DNA of 27,546 bases from a virus (IMGVR_UViG_3300037458_000257:1-27546), one strand, 5' to 3'. Positions 13,548 to 24,054 are shown, counted from the first letter of the stretch. Numbers and translations: made by a program. Notes: generated by a model not told the origin, from the letters alone.

Positions 13548-15551
13548 ATGCCAAAGATTTCTCTCTGGAAGCCAGTACAAGATCTAAACTACAAGTACAT
13601 AGACAGAGTAGTGAAAGAAAATATCGAAATGGGCGCCACGGGCGTCTATGTTCACAAGTACCTTGGTCCAGAGGTTGGTTCCGGTGATGACAATAAAAGT
13701 AATGTCGCAGATGGTGCTCCTACTAATGAGCTAACCATAGGTGATGTGCTGTTTCTGGAAAATCGTGATCGTAAATACGCTCCAGACATCATCGAACTAC
13801 GTGGTGCGTACCAGCCCAGCGATACGGATTTTGACCTTACCCAGTTCGGCATCTTCCTCACCGATGACACCATCTTCATGACGTTCCACATGAACGATCA
13901 TGTGGAAAGGCTCGGGCGCAAGCTTATGGCTGGTGATGTGCTGGAGCTACCACACCTTCGTGAATTTTATCCATTGGACGAGAACAAACAAGCTATGAAC
14001 CGCTTCTACGTCGTAGAGGATGCCTCGAATAGTGCTCAGGGCTATGGGCCTACATGGTGGGGTCATCTGTGGCGAGTTCGTGCCAAGATGATGCCAGCAG
14101 CACCTGAGTTCCAGGATATTCTGGACAAGGCATCACAAGGCGAGGTATGGCCGGAGAGCGGCGGCCCTGTGGAGAATCCAGACGATTGCTGTGCTGACAC
14201 TATTGGTGACAACCTAAGCACAGACGACAAGCTACAGGATCTCACTGATCAGATTGTAGAGGAAGCTGCGCTAAACGTGCCGTACGATCCGCTATGGTAT
14301 GATGCTGCCCATCTGTATGTTTTGATAGATCCAGTGACGCAGATACCAGATCTTATTTGGTTCAAGACTGGTGACGGACTACCGCCTAATGGTCTTCCAC
14401 TCTATGGTAGTGGTGAAGCATTTCCGGACGGTGTTCCGGTGGGGCAGTATTTCCTTAGAACCGATTTTAGCGTCCCGGTTCTCTTTCAAAAGCAGACCTC
14501 CTGTAAGTGGGTTCGCATCGAGGTAGATCAGCGCAAGCTACCGTGGACGGCAACAAATAAGCTACACGACATGTTCATTGACAATACTAACATTACCAAG
14601 AACGACGATGGCAGCACAATACCTGAGAAGCAGGCGTTGTCAAAGGTCGTGCGACCAAAGGCAAAAGGTTCTGTCACGATTCCGTTTGACTATGATGGTT
14701 CCGACGACGCTGCTACACCGCCGGCAAATGTTCCGCCTATCGCTGCTATCACCTCTAACTTTACAACAGGTATCGCACCTTTGATTGTGTCGTTTAGCGG
14801 ACACACCGCTAACGATACCGACGGCAACATCGTGAGCTACATCTGGGACTTCGGTGACAGCACCAGCGGAACAGGAAGTGCTGTGACCCATACGTATGCG
14901 ACGCCAGGCACCTATGTTGTAATACTAACGGTCACTGACAATCAAGGTGCTACCTCAACAGCTACAATGCCTATTGTAATTAGCCCGAATCCGCCTCCTG
15001 TTGCTATTATCGGCACAAATCTAACAACAGGTATCGAGACACTTACGGTGATATTCGATGGTACCGGGTCTTACGACATCAACGGCACAATCGTTTCGTA
15101 TCAATGGGACTTCGATGACAGCTCTACGGGTACAGGAGGAGTCATTTCTCATACCTTTACATCGCCGGGCACATATAATGTAGAACTAACCGTTACTGAC
15201 AATCAAGGGGCTACCGAAACGGCAACCGTACAGATTGTAGTAGATGCTAATCAGGCACCCGTTGCTGTGATTAGCACGAACTTAGTAAACGGTCTATCAC
15301 CTCTGCTAATCAACTTTGACGGCTCTGGTTCCTACGACAACGACGGCAGCATAGTATCGTATCAATGGGACTTTGGTGACTCAACTACAGGCACCGGAAG
15401 CACGGTCTCTCACACTTATACAGTTGTGGGCACCTATACCGTAGAGCTAACAGTAACGGACAATCTCGGTGCTACAGGTGTTGATACCGTAGATATTACC
15501 GTGGACCCGACAAGCATCTTTAGTCCAGACTTTGGACCAGAATTTGAATAA
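13548..15551 (+). CDS. Neck protein (T4 gp14-like) fused to three PKD domains; start revised to MPKISLW
   Basis: N-terminal IGDVLFLENRDRKY...DLTQFGIFL...GDVLELPHL; three WDF(G/D)DS..GTG...HT(Y/F)...GTY...LTVTDN.GA repeats. Confidence 0.75.
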   Translation: MPKISLWKPVQDLNYKYIDRVVKENIEMGATGVYVHKYLGPEVGSGDDNKSNVADGAPTNELTIGDVLFLENRDRKYAPDIIELRGAYQPSDTDFDLTQFGIFLTDDTIFMTFHMNDHVERLGRKLMAGDVLELPHLREFYPLDENKQAMNRFYVVEDASNSAQGYGPTWWGHLWRVRAKMMPAAPEFQDILDKASQGEVWPESGGPVENPDDCCADTIGDNLSTDDKLQDLTDQIVEEAALNVPYDPLWYDAAHLYVLIDPVTQIPDLIWFKTGDGLPPNGLPLYGSGEAFPDGVPVGQYFLRTDFSVPVLFQKQTSCKWVRIEVDQRKLPWTATNKLHDMFIDNTNITKNDDGSTIPEKQALSKVVRPKAKGSVTIPFDYDGSDDAATPPANVPPIAAITSNFTTGIAPLIVSFSGHTANDTDGNIVSYIWDFGDSTSGTGSAVTHTYATPGTYVVILTVTDNQGATSTATMPIVISPNPPPVAIIGTNLTTGIETLTVIFDGTGSYDINGTIVSYQWDFDDSSTGTGGVISHTFTSPGTYNVELTVTDNQGATETATVQIVVDANQAPVAVISTNLVNGLSPLLINFDGSGSYDNDGSIVSYQWDFGDSTTGTGSTVSHTYTVVGTYTVELTVTDNLGATGVDTVDITVDPTSIFSPDFGPEFE

Positions 15552-15563
15552 CAGGAGCAGACA

Positions 15564-16160
15564 ATGACGATTCGCACACAACAAGATTTACTAACAAACG
15601 TTTTCCAAGATGGGCAAGCACCGAACTCGATCACCGCAGGAGATGTGCGCGATCTTGTAGAGAGCGTGCCTTATATGGGTGGGCAGGGCTGGCAGTTTTA
15701 TTACGATAGCCAATATACACAAGCTTCACCAAGACATATTACCGCAGGTTCTCATGCGCAAATAACAATCAACGGTGGGCAAGAAACATTAGGTCATCCG
15801 CCCGGCGCGCCCGCGTTTTGGAATACCGCCACAAACAAGATTGTTCCAAGCGGTCTAAACAACTTTGGTTTGATTCGTCTTGCGTTTGCGGGATACTTTG
15901 TAGGTGGTGGTACGACAAGCATCTTTGACGTTCACTTGGATGTTGGCGGAACTGCTGGTATTATTTGGGAAGAGACAGGTGTATTTTACAAAGGTGTTTC
16001 TAATACGCAAAGATTCAACTTTACGATTCCTTTGTTTGCTGGTCCGGACTTTCAGGCTAACGGCGGAGAGCTACATTTTATCAATACGACGCACGATTGC
16101 TATATGTGGGAGTTTGCTTTGACTGCTGTTCAAATTTATCAGGCTAACCCTGCGCTATAA
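15564..16160 (+). CDS. Hypothetical virion protein
   Basis: 198-aa ORF, AGGAG SD, within a structural operon. Confidence 0.7.
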   Translation: MTIRTQQDLLTNVFQDGQAPNSITAGDVRDLVESVPYMGGQGWQFYYDSQYTQASPRHITAGSHAQITINGGQETLGHPPGAPAFWNTATNKIVPSGLNNFGLIRLAFAGYFVGGGTTSIFDVHLDVGGTAGIIWEETGVFYKGVSNTQRFNFTIPLFAGPDFQANGGELHFINTTHDCYMWEFALTAVQIYQANPAL

Positions 16161-16169
16161 GGATCTATA

Positions 16170-17573
16170 ATGGATTATTTTTACGACGAGCAGATAAGAA
16201 GATATATTCTACAGTTCATTCGTATCTTCGCTGACACAAAGATCGAGCTGCCGCCTGACTCAACAGGAACTAAGGTTCAGAAGCGTGTTCCTATTGTCTA
16301 TGGCTCTATGAGCCGAATGGTAGCTCAGATTCTGAAGGATAACTCTACGAACACGGCGATGTCTGCTCCGATGATGTCTGCGTATATCAATGCCATCGAA
16401 ATGTCTCCAGATCGTAGACAGGATACTACTAATGTGCGCAAGACACGCGCGATTGAACGGCTGTATGATCCGCAAACAGGACAATATACTACCGAGCAGG
16501 GCAATCGCTATATGGTAGAGAGCTATATGCCTGTGCCGTATGATATGACCATGACGCTTGATATATGGACAACGACGACCACCGACAAGCTACAGATCAT
16601 GGAGCAACTGCTAACCATCTTCAATCCATCGGTGCAGCTACAGACAAACGCAAACCCGTTAGACTGGAGCACAATCTTTGAGGTAGAACTAAAGACAGTG
16701 AACTGGTCGTCAAAGGGGGTGCCAGCGGGAACAAGCAGCGAGAATGATTTTGCGTCGCTGACGTTCAAGGTGCCGATCTGGATCAACCCTCCTGCTAAGG
16801 TCACAAGACAGCGCATCGTCGAGCAAATCGTGATGTCGCTATACGATCTCAACATTAGCAAGGAGGACATAGAGAATGTCTATGATCCCTTTCATAGTTG
16901 CTTCGACGAGCTTGCGCAGATCATTGTCACGCCAGGCAATCATAAAATCAATGTTACAAGCCTAACCTCTACAACCAGCCGCATAGAGCTGCTCAAGAGT
17001 AATGGCGAGAGCGACAGCACCCTTAGCTGGGAGGCACTGTTTGACGAGTATGGTCGTATTGACCCATCGATAACAACCCTCACACTCAAGACGGCCAACG
17101 ATATTGAGGACACATCCGGTGATGTCCTTGGTACGATTGAGGTGGACGCAACTGAAAAGAATTTTGCCACTTTTGTGGTGGATGAGGATAGCCTACCGAC
17201 GACGCTATCGTCGGGACCAGTGACAGACATCATTGATCCAAGCAAGGTCTATCCCGGTAATGGTCTGCCAGTTGCTCAAGCTGGTCAGCGCTATCTCATA
17301 CTAAGTAGTCAGTATACAATCGGCGAGGAGCCCGCTATTGCGCAAGATATTCCAACGAATAGCACAGCATGGGGCGGCGTTCGTGCGTATGTAAACGACA
17401 TCATCGAATTCAATGGTGCTAACTGGGTTGTCAGTTTTGATGCCAGTGAGTCCGCCTACCCTGTCTATGTACGCAATATAGCAGACGGGCAACACTATAA
17501 GTTCGATGGTAGAGAATGGATCTACACCTACTTAGGAGAGTACAACCCAGGGTACTGGCGTATTTCACAGTAA
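16170..17573 (+). CDS. Tail terminator / sheath stabiliser (T4 gp15-like) with C-terminal extension
   Basis: YFYDEQIRRYILQF, VPIVYG, PVPYDM...LQIMEQLLTIFNP motifs. Confidence 0.8.
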   Translation: MDYFYDEQIRRYILQFIRIFADTKIELPPDSTGTKVQKRVPIVYGSMSRMVAQILKDNSTNTAMSAPMMSAYINAIEMSPDRRQDTTNVRKTRAIERLYDPQTGQYTTEQGNRYMVESYMPVPYDMTMTLDIWTTTTTDKLQIMEQLLTIFNPSVQLQTNANPLDWSTIFEVELKTVNWSSKGVPAGTSSENDFASLTFKVPIWINPPAKVTRQRIVEQIVMSLYDLNISKEDIENVYDPFHSCFDELAQIIVTPGNHKINVTSLTSTTSRIELLKSNGESDSTLSWEALFDEYGRIDPSITTLTLKTANDIEDTSGDVLGTIEVDATEKNFATFVVDEDSLPTTLSSGPVTDIIDPSKVYPGNGLPVAQAGQRYLILSSQYTIGEEPAIAQDIPTNSTAWGGVRAYVNDIIEFNGANWVVSFDASESAYPVYVRNIADGQHYKFDGREWIYTYLGEYNPGYWRISQ

Positions 17574-18004
17574 TGACAGAACAGAAAAGCGGTGCTGGAG
17601 CAATCTTTGTCTCATCAAAGACGGGAAGAGTATTGCTCAATCTACGAGCACCGCATAAGACACACAATCTAACTTGGAGCTTATGGGGCGGCATGATTGA
17701 AGGTGATGAAACACCTAAAGAATGCCTGCTTCGAGAGCTTGAAGAAGAAATGGGTTTTGTTCCTGAGATCAGCAAGATCTATCCCTTTGACATTTACGAA
17801 AGCAAGGATAAGCACTTTCGATATTACACGTTTGTTTGTGTCGTTGAGGAAGAGTTTATTCCTCAAGTAAACTACGAAGCAGTTGGCTACTGCTGGACTA
17901 AATTAGGCGTATGGCCTAAGCCGATGCACGCTGGTGCTAAGGCTGCTCTCTGTACTCGAAAGGCAGAGACACTTCTCAATATTATTCTTAGCCAACATCA
18001 ATAA
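17573..18004 (+). CDS. Nudix hydrolase (start revised to MTEQK)
   Basis: Nudix box GGMIEGDETPKECLLRELEEEMG; TAATG coupling to the upstream gene. Confidence 0.9.
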   Translation: MTEQKSGAGAIFVSSKTGRVLLNLRAPHKTHNLTWSLWGGMIEGDETPKECLLRELEEEMGFVPEISKIYPFDIYESKDKHFRYYTFVCVVEEEFIPQVNYEAVGYCWTKLGVWPKPMHAGAKAALCTRKAETLLNIILSQHQ

Positions 18005-18013
18005 AATACAACC

Positions 18014-18042
18014 AAAGGAAAAGGCGCCGAAGCGCCCTTTCC
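18014..18042 (-). terminator. Terminator between convergent Nudix and capsid genes
   Basis: Minus strand GGAAAGGGCGC-UUCG-GCGCCUUUUCCUUU (cUUCGg tetraloop). Confidence 0.8.
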
Positions 18043-18065
18043 CCGTTTTGCCTATCAATCTTCGA

Positions 18066-19229
18066 TTAGAAGAATGTTAGTGTTGCGTTGTTGATACCAA
18101 CCTTGCTTAGGTAGTCAGCAGCATTGCCAAGCGAGTTGGCTGTGTTGCTTAGTTCTACGTAGCCATAGCGTGTCATGAACGAAACGACTGGCTCGAAGGT
18201 TGTTGGATCCATTACTGGACCAGTGCTCATTAGAGGAACATATGGGCAGTAGAATGCTGCTGCATCTGTCTCTGTTGGGCCCTTGTATCCTAGTAGTACA
18301 GCCTCAGATGCTGCTGCGTACTGGTCTACATAAACCTTCATGCTGTTGTTTAGTGTACCGACAAGCTTTGTGTTTGTTGGAGCTTCGAACGTACCTTCTG
18401 TCGTGCGAGCGAAAGAAGATGTTGTTGCGGACTGCAGAATTGTTAGAGCTGTTGGGGAAACAACTGCCCAATTTGCTGCGCCACGACGTGTACGAGCTGC
18501 AACTAGGTTTGCTTGCTGGTTGATCATAACTGCTAGAGCAGCGTGTTCGTCACCAACGTATGTTGCTGTACCGGACACTGCGCTCTGGTCGTATGTTGTT
18601 GGAGCTGCACCAGCTAGTGCGCGTAGGTTGTTTAGCATCTCCTGGTCGATTTCAACTGTGATCTCTTGGGCTAGTGCCTGCATGATCTCAGCCTCGATGT
18701 CGATGCCGTGTACAGCCTGTGCGTCCTGTGCGGCTTCAAATGTCCAACGTGCAGATAGACGACGTGTCTTAGCTTCGACCACTTCCTTTAGGATTTGGAT
18801 GCTTAGACGGTTACCTGCTACACCTTCTAGTGCGGCTGTTGCAGCTGGTGCTACACCACCTGCTCCAGAATATGCACGAGCGATGTCGAATGGACCTAGG
18901 GCTTCTGTACCTGCTAGTACGCCTGCTGCGCTATCTGCATAGCGAACGCGGAGCGTGTGGATTTGACCCACAGGACCTGTCATAGGCTGTACGCCTAGGA
19001 TTTCGTTAGCGATAACAGAAGGCATAACGCGACGGATTAGCGGTAGCATTACCTTGTTTACTGTTGCGATATTGCCTGCGGCTGTTGCGCCTGTGCTTGC
19101 AGCTTCAGCAATATACTTACGGGTGTTTTCTAGTACAACACCAACTGTCTCACGGCGAGAACCGGAAAGACCTTCTAGAAGGGCTTCCTTAGTTGCCGCC
19201 CACTTGCTTTCAAATAGCTTATTGGCCAT
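18066..19229 (-). CDS. gp23: Major capsid protein (T4 gp23 family)
   Basis: GVQPMTGPVGQI, EAKTRRLSARWT.E.AQD..A.HG.D.EAE, FYCPYVPL, F.TRYG motifs. Confidence 0.97.
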   Translation of the reverse strand: MANKLFESKWAATKEALLEGLSGSRRETVGVVLENTRKYIAEAASTGATAAGNIATVNKVMLPLIRRVMPSVIANEILGVQPMTGPVGQIHTLRVRYADSAAGVLAGTEALGPFDIARAYSGAGGVAPAATAALEGVAGNRLSIQILKEVVEAKTRRLSARWTFEAAQDAQAVHGIDIEAEIMQALAQEITVEIDQEMLNNLRALAGAAPTTYDQSAVSGTATYVGDEHAALAVMINQQANLVAARTRRGAANWAVVSPTALTILQSATTSSFARTTEGTFEAPTNTKLVGTLNNSMKVYVDQYAAASEAVLLGYKGPTETDAAAFYCPYVPLMSTGPVMDPTTFEPVVSFMTRYGYVELSNTANSLGNAADYLSKVGINNATLTFF

Positions 19230-19240
19230 TAGTTTTCTCC

Positions 19241-20359
19241 TTACTTAATTCCAGCTAATTTTTTCATTTCTTGGATTTCAGCAACTGTGTTACCTTCATC
19301 CTCTTGTTGGGCAGCGGTTGCCCTTCTATCTCCAGTCTTTGCAGTTCTAATTGATTCTTCATTTAGTGGCCTGCGAGTGTGGACCTGTGTGTCTGCCTTC
19401 TTTTCATTTAAGACTGCTGGTAGATACTTCTTGAAGCCTTCATGCAGCTTCTCAGTCTTAACTGTTTGTAGTAGCTCTTTCATCACTGCTTGATCGCTCT
19501 TGCTTAGTGGGCTTAGTAGCTCGTTAAGAGTCTTTTCTCTCTTAACTAGGTCTGCTGTTGCCTTAAGCTTGCGCTCTGTAGCTTCGTTGAGTTGCTTTGC
19601 GTTGGCTGCTGCGACTTTTGCTTCATCCAATTGCTTGGATAGATTAATCATCTTAGCCTGTAGCTTCTTAACTTCGCTGGACTCGTTTAGGTACGAACCC
19701 ATGTATTCAGCAGCGTATGCTTCGAAGATACGGCGACCAAAGTCGTTCTCACGAGCGGCCTTGATGTCGTTACGGTACTGAGAAATCTCAGAACGTAGAA
19801 CATTGTTGATGTTCTCTTCAATTACCTGTGCTGCCTTCTTTACAAAGTTAGCCTTTGTTTCGGCTAGCTCTCTCTTGCCTTCGCGTACTAGCTTGACACG
19901 CTGTTCTGCTAGAGCCTTCTTATCGGAGTGGAATTCCTTCACTTCCTCCGCAAGCTGCTTGAGGACGAATTCCTCTAGCTTACGAACGTTGCCTGTCATG
20001 CGCGAACGGTCCTCGCGAAGTTCTTTGACTTCCCTTGCTAGGGTTGTTGCGATGAACTTCTCGAGCATCTTTACATGCTCAGCAACACGAGCCTTATACT
20101 TGACTCTTTCTTCTGCTAGTGCCTTCTTATCCTCTGCAAACTCTGCGATCTCGCTGCGGACTTTGTCGTTTAAAAACTTGTCCACAGACTCGATCATTAC
20201 AGACTTGTCATGTTCAAACTTTTGTGCAAACTCTTCACGAAGCTCGGCAGTAAGTTCCTCTCTTGCTTCAGCAAGTCTGGCTTCCCAGGCTTCCTGAATT
20301 TGAGTGCGTGCTTCTTCTGAAAGCGCGCCCTCTTTTAGGATATCTTCGAACTTTGCCAT
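19241..20359 (-). CDS. gp22: Prohead core scaffolding protein (gp22-like)
   Basis: Glu/Lys-rich coiled coil between protease and capsid genes. Confidence 0.8.
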   Translation of the reverse strand: MAKFEDILKEGALSEEARTQIQEAWEARLAEAREELTAELREEFAQKFEHDKSVMIESVDKFLNDKVRSEIAEFAEDKKALAEERVKYKARVAEHVKMLEKFIATTLAREVKELREDRSRMTGNVRKLEEFVLKQLAEEVKEFHSDKKALAEQRVKLVREGKRELAETKANFVKKAAQVIEENINNVLRSEISQYRNDIKAARENDFGRRIFEAYAAEYMGSYLNESSEVKKLQAKMINLSKQLDEAKVAAANAKQLNEATERKLKATADLVKREKTLNELLSPLSKSDQAVMKELLQTVKTEKLHEGFKKYLPAVLNEKKADTQVHTRRPLNEESIRTAKTGDRRATAAQQEDEGNTVAEIQEMKKLAGIK

Positions 20360-20371
20360 GTGTCGTTCTCC

Positions 20372-20995
20372 TTAAATTTTTAGATCTCTGATAAACTTTT
20401 GGATATCTTTGGCTAGATATCTCTGCGCGACTTCGTCGTGTGTTGCGTCTGCCGCAAGATTGTACATCTGCTGTCCACCACGCATATTAAACAAGCTCTC
20501 GTAAATGGTTCTTGGATAAGCGTTTGGAGCAGATGGTTGAGCTACGATATCGACCGTTACGATCTCAAAGTCGCTTACTCTTCCATCATTTCCTACGTTA
20601 CCAGATCCACGAGAGCTAACGCCTAGTTTTGCGCCTGCTTCGAGCAAAGTTCTTACAATATTACCTGTAGGTGTTGGTATAATTTTGAGCTTACCGTGAC
20701 CGTCGTTACCTTCCATCCACATGTCTTGAATGATGTGACTCACTCTGTCTAGGTTGATGGATAGCTCCTCTGGATGGTCTAGCTCGCCCAGTACGGTTTC
20801 TCCGTTCTTTATACGTTCATTAATTTGGACTACGGCCTTATTAATTTCGTTAAGAGGATATACGCGCTGGTTTTGGTTCTTGACGTTACCTTGGATGAAA
20901 ATTCCCTTCATATAAAGGTCTTTTCCACCTTCAGCACGTTCGACAATGATTTGTGCCTTGTCGAACGACATGAACTCATATAATTTGTTAGACAT
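20372..20995 (-). CDS. gp21: Prohead protease (gp21)
   Basis: GIFIQ..VKN.N.RVYP, LGELDHP, GVSSRGSG, DIVAQPSAPNA. Confidence 0.96.
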   Translation of the reverse strand: MSNKLYEFMSFDKAQIIVERAEGGKDLYMKGIFIQGNVKNQNQRVYPLNEINKAVVQINERIKNGETVLGELDHPEELSINLDRVSHIIQDMWMEGNDGHGKLKIIPTPTGNIVRTLLEAGAKLGVSSRGSGNVGNDGRVSDFEIVTVDIVAQPSAPNAYPRTIYESLFNMRGGQQMYNLAADATHDEVAQRYLAKDIQKFIRDLKI

Positions 20996-21022
20996 ACCTT
21001 AGCCTACCCTCACACTAAAAGA

Positions 21023-21931
21023 TTAGTTGCCCTTAGGGCCCTTGCCGCTACCTAGAGTGCTCGTTGTGTTAACAGCGCCACCCTTAGATCCCTTACCTGT
21101 ACCAGCGAACTTTCCTTCGCCTTCTACGGATGTGGAGACCTTCTTTTGTGTTACAGCAATGTTGTCTTCTGGTGTGTGGTCCTTAGCTGCTGGGGCCTTG
21201 TATCCTGCCTCATCCTTTCCGCCGACCTTGTGTGGCTTTCCACCGTGGTCTGCCTTGGATGGAGCCTTCGTAAACATGCTTGTCGTGTTGACAGCGCCTG
21301 CCTTCGAATTCTTGCCTGTTCCAGCCAGCTTGCCTTCCTTTTCCATGCCTGGAGAAGCGACTTCGTCCTGTAGCTTTGTAGCTTCAGAGATCTCGTCTTC
21401 TACAGACTCTTCATACATTCCTTCTTCTTCTGCACCGACTTCCTCGACCTCGCCGCCGAATCCAGCTTCGTCACCGAAACCTTCTTCGCCGCCCATTTCT
21501 ACGGAATCGTCTGCAAAATCTTCGTCACCTAGCTCAACGGCTTCCTCACCACCGACGAGTTGCTCGAACTCTGCGGTTAGTTCAGCTAGTGCTGCTTCTA
21601 GGTCTTCGACGCGGTCTTCGATCTCTTCTTCAGAGCCCTCAGCACCTTCTTCGTCGGATTCTTCACTTTCTTCGGATTCAGCGTCTTCGACGTTCTCACC
21701 CTCTTCTTCGGCGCCGTCGAAAATCTCGTCGGCTTCAATCTCTTCCTTGTCGGATTCGATCTCGTCCGCGAAGTCTTCCTTTTCGTCTCCGCCGAAGTCT
21801 TCGTCGACTAGCTCCTCGTACATTTGACGGGCTTTTTCGACAATCACAGAGTGTAGAAGTTCGGATGCTGCATCATGCTCTTCGTTGATTAGCAGATCTA
21901 GGACCTGCTCAAGCTTTTGGCGATGTGACAT
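21023..21931 (-). CDS. Highly acidic prohead core protein
   Basis: Asp/Glu-rich 302-aa ORF between portal and protease; duplicated EGK.AGTGK.SK.GAVNTTS motif. Confidence 0.7.
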   Translation of the reverse strand: MSHRQKLEQVLDLLINEEHDAASELLHSVIVEKARQMYEELVDEDFGGDEKEDFADEIESDKEEIEADEIFDGAEEEGENVEDAESEESEESDEEGAEGSEEEIEDRVEDLEAALAELTAEFEQLVGGEEAVELGDEDFADDSVEMGGEEGFGDEAGFGGEVEEVGAEEEGMYEESVEDEISEATKLQDEVASPGMEKEGKLAGTGKNSKAGAVNTTSMFTKAPSKADHGGKPHKVGGKDEAGYKAPAAKDHTPEDNIAVTQKKVSTSVEGEGKFAGTGKGSKGGAVNTTSTLGSGKGPKGN

Positions 21932-22092
21932 CTTTCAATTCTCCTTATAAATCAATAGGCAATTGTAATGCAAAGTATTACATTGCTATTTAATGGAGAA
22001 CGAAGTAAAGTGGTAGGAAATAGGCCAAAAAACGGCGTTTTTGGCATATCGTATTATTTAGTTCTAGAATATACGACTTAAAGCAGTATATT

Positions 22093-22314
22093 TTAGAGCA
22101 TTGGCTCTTCGCCGCCCTCGGCTTTTGCACCGTACATAGTCTTCACGAAGTCCTTATGTGCGGCAAGCTCTAGCTTCTTGAGCTCGCGAACCTTACGAAG
22201 CTTATTAAGATGTCTTAGGGTCAATCTAGGACGACGCGTGTCGTCTTTCTTGGTCTGATTGAGCTTATCATCCTCTGGATAGTAATACTCGTTTAATACA
22301 TCTTTGAACTTCAT
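22093..22314 (-). CDS. Small basic head-module protein
   Basis: 73 aa, DDTRRPRLTLRHLNKLRK; GGTAAATA motif 5 nt upstream. Confidence 0.7.
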   Translation of the reverse strand: MKFKDVLNEYYYPEDDKLNQTKKDDTRRPRLTLRHLNKLRKVRELKKLELAAHKDFVKTMYGAKAEGGEEPML

Positions 22315-22329
22315 ACTACTATTTACCAG

Positions 22330-24054
22330 TTATAGCTGCTCATCTGGGGGCGGTGCCTCTGCTTCTGCGCCGGCGATATCAGGCTCTTCTCCGCCTAGAT
22401 CCGGTTCTTCTCCGCCCTCCATGTCGGGCTCTTCTGAAAAGTCCATGTCCATAGGAGGAGCGTTGACGCCTACGCTTCTTAGATCGGCACTTGCACCTTC
22501 GTCTTGAGTCATGTGTGCTACATCGTTTTCTTCGCGCCACATCTTCTCGTTTTCGTTGATCTCGTCTTCTGTTAGTCCGAGATACTTCTTGAGTGCGAAA
22601 CGCTTACTGAGGATTGGATTATCCTTGACGCTATTATATAGGTTAGCGTAGGTGCTCATGAGCTCTATGTCACGATATTCGCTAAAGTTTTGTGGAGGTA
22701 GTAACTCGATATTGAAAATAGAGTTATCAATAGTTACACCACGATGCTTCAAGAAAAGCTTAAACTCTTCATCGAATGTAGGCGTTAGTTGCCTTTGATG
22801 TCTTTGACATACACGGGCAAATCTAAACTCTTGAATATACGCTGCGCCTACTCTACCGTCATTCCATGCGTTTGATCCGTCGTCTGGGCCTGTTGGCAGG
22901 TAACCCGATGGTACACCTAAACCACGTAGCATCTTGTTATTGAAGTAGCGTAAGTCATCGATCTGACCTAGATTTTCGCCGCCTGCTAATGTCTCTACCT
23001 TCGAGCCTCTTCCATCTGCTGTCGTAGCAAAGAAGTAGTCTTCTAGCATTGACATTGGATTGTAGGATGAGTCTGCAATATTTTGACCGCCACCTGTTCG
23101 AGACGGAATGCGCTTCTGTTGCACCTCGTAGCGAATGCGCTCAAGGTACTGTGCAGCCTTGTTAGGAGGCATCGTACCAACGTCAATAAAGAATACACGG
23201 CGTTCTGGAGCTCTGTGTACACGATAGATAAGAATTGCGTCTTCTAGCAATTCCTTTTGTTTGTACACCTTAAACACAGGCTCAAGCACGCTAATACCGA
23301 ATGGCCACGAGTTGTTCATTCCTTCTGTTAGGGACAGATGGACAACATGCTCCGCGTCTACAGGGAAAGACTGGCCTTGCGAATACGCTTGACCTTGGGT
23401 GCTAAGTTGTGGGTAGGCCGATCCGGTGGAATAGTTTGCTTGGCCTGTGTAAGGTGCGTTAGGAAAAATTGTATCTTGCGCATTATAACCCATCTCGGTC
23501 TTCTTGAGTGTGTTTGTTGCGACAAGAGATTGTAGATTTAGGTCTAGCTCTCGAACATAGTAGGCTTCGATTTCCTTGCCTTTGCTTTCGTTTACTAGCA
23601 CCTTCTCTACGGTCGACGGATCGATCCAGTAAAGCTTAAATGTCTCTGGATCTCGAATTAAGAACTGGTCGCCGTACATCAGCGATGATCTAAATAAACG
23701 GAAGATACGCTTATCAAATTCGTTGAGAGAGCACCATTGCTTTAGAGTTCTCATTAGAATCTCTTTTTCGGATGGGCTTGCTTCGTCCTTGTAAGTAATT
23801 ACAAACGGGAGACCAGTGTCTTCATCTAGATGTGTAGAAAAATCAGCCAGCGTATCTAGGGCTGCTGCTACTTCGTGGTCAAGATCCATTTGCTCATACT
23901 GCATATAGCGCATGAGACGATTAGGTGGGCCTTGATAAAATTCTGGTAGCCAAGAACTGAACTTGCTTACCGCAGATGCGCCGTATTGAGATACGCCAGG
24001 CGTCTGCGACGGTAGCACAGAGTTCGCTGGTCTAAAATACTTTGTCCAACTCAT
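22330..24054 (-). CDS. gp20: Portal vertex protein (gp20)
   Basis: LEDAILIYRVHRAPERRVFFIDVG, MLEDYF, GGENLGQIDDLRYF. Confidence 0.97.
   Translation of the reverse strand: MSWTKYFRPANSVLPSQTPGVSQYGASAVSKFSSWLPEFYQGPPNRLMRYMQYEQMDLDHEVAAALDTLADFSTHLDEDTGLPFVITYKDEASPSEKEILMRTLKQWCSLNEFDKRIFRLFRSSLMYGDQFLIRDPETFKLYWIDPSTVEKVLVNESKGKEIEAYYVRELDLNLQSLVATNTLKKTEMGYNAQDTIFPNAPYTGQANYSTGSAYPQLSTQGQAYSQGQSFPVDAEHVVHLSLTEGMNNSWPFGISVLEPVFKVYKQKELLEDAILIYRVHRAPERRVFFIDVGTMPPNKAAQYLERIRYEVQQKRIPSRTGGGQNIADSSYNPMSMLEDYFFATTADGRGSKVETLAGGENLGQIDDLRYFNNKMLRGLGVPSGYLPTGPDDGSNAWNDGRVGAAYIQEFRFARVCQRHQRQLTPTFDEEFKLFLKHRGVTIDNSIFNIELLPPQNFSEYRDIELMSTYANLYNSVKDNPILSKRFALKKYLGLTEDEINENEKMWREENDVAHMTQDEGASADLRSVGVNAPPMDMDFSEEPDMEGGEEPDLGGEEPDIAGAEAEAPPPDEQL

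Noticed and set aside
14730-15500. DNA repeats suggesting a CRISPR array or a DGR template/variable repeat pair
   Set aside because: They are in-frame PKD domain repeats; no spacer pattern, no adenine-specific differences noticed, and no reverse transcriptase in the window
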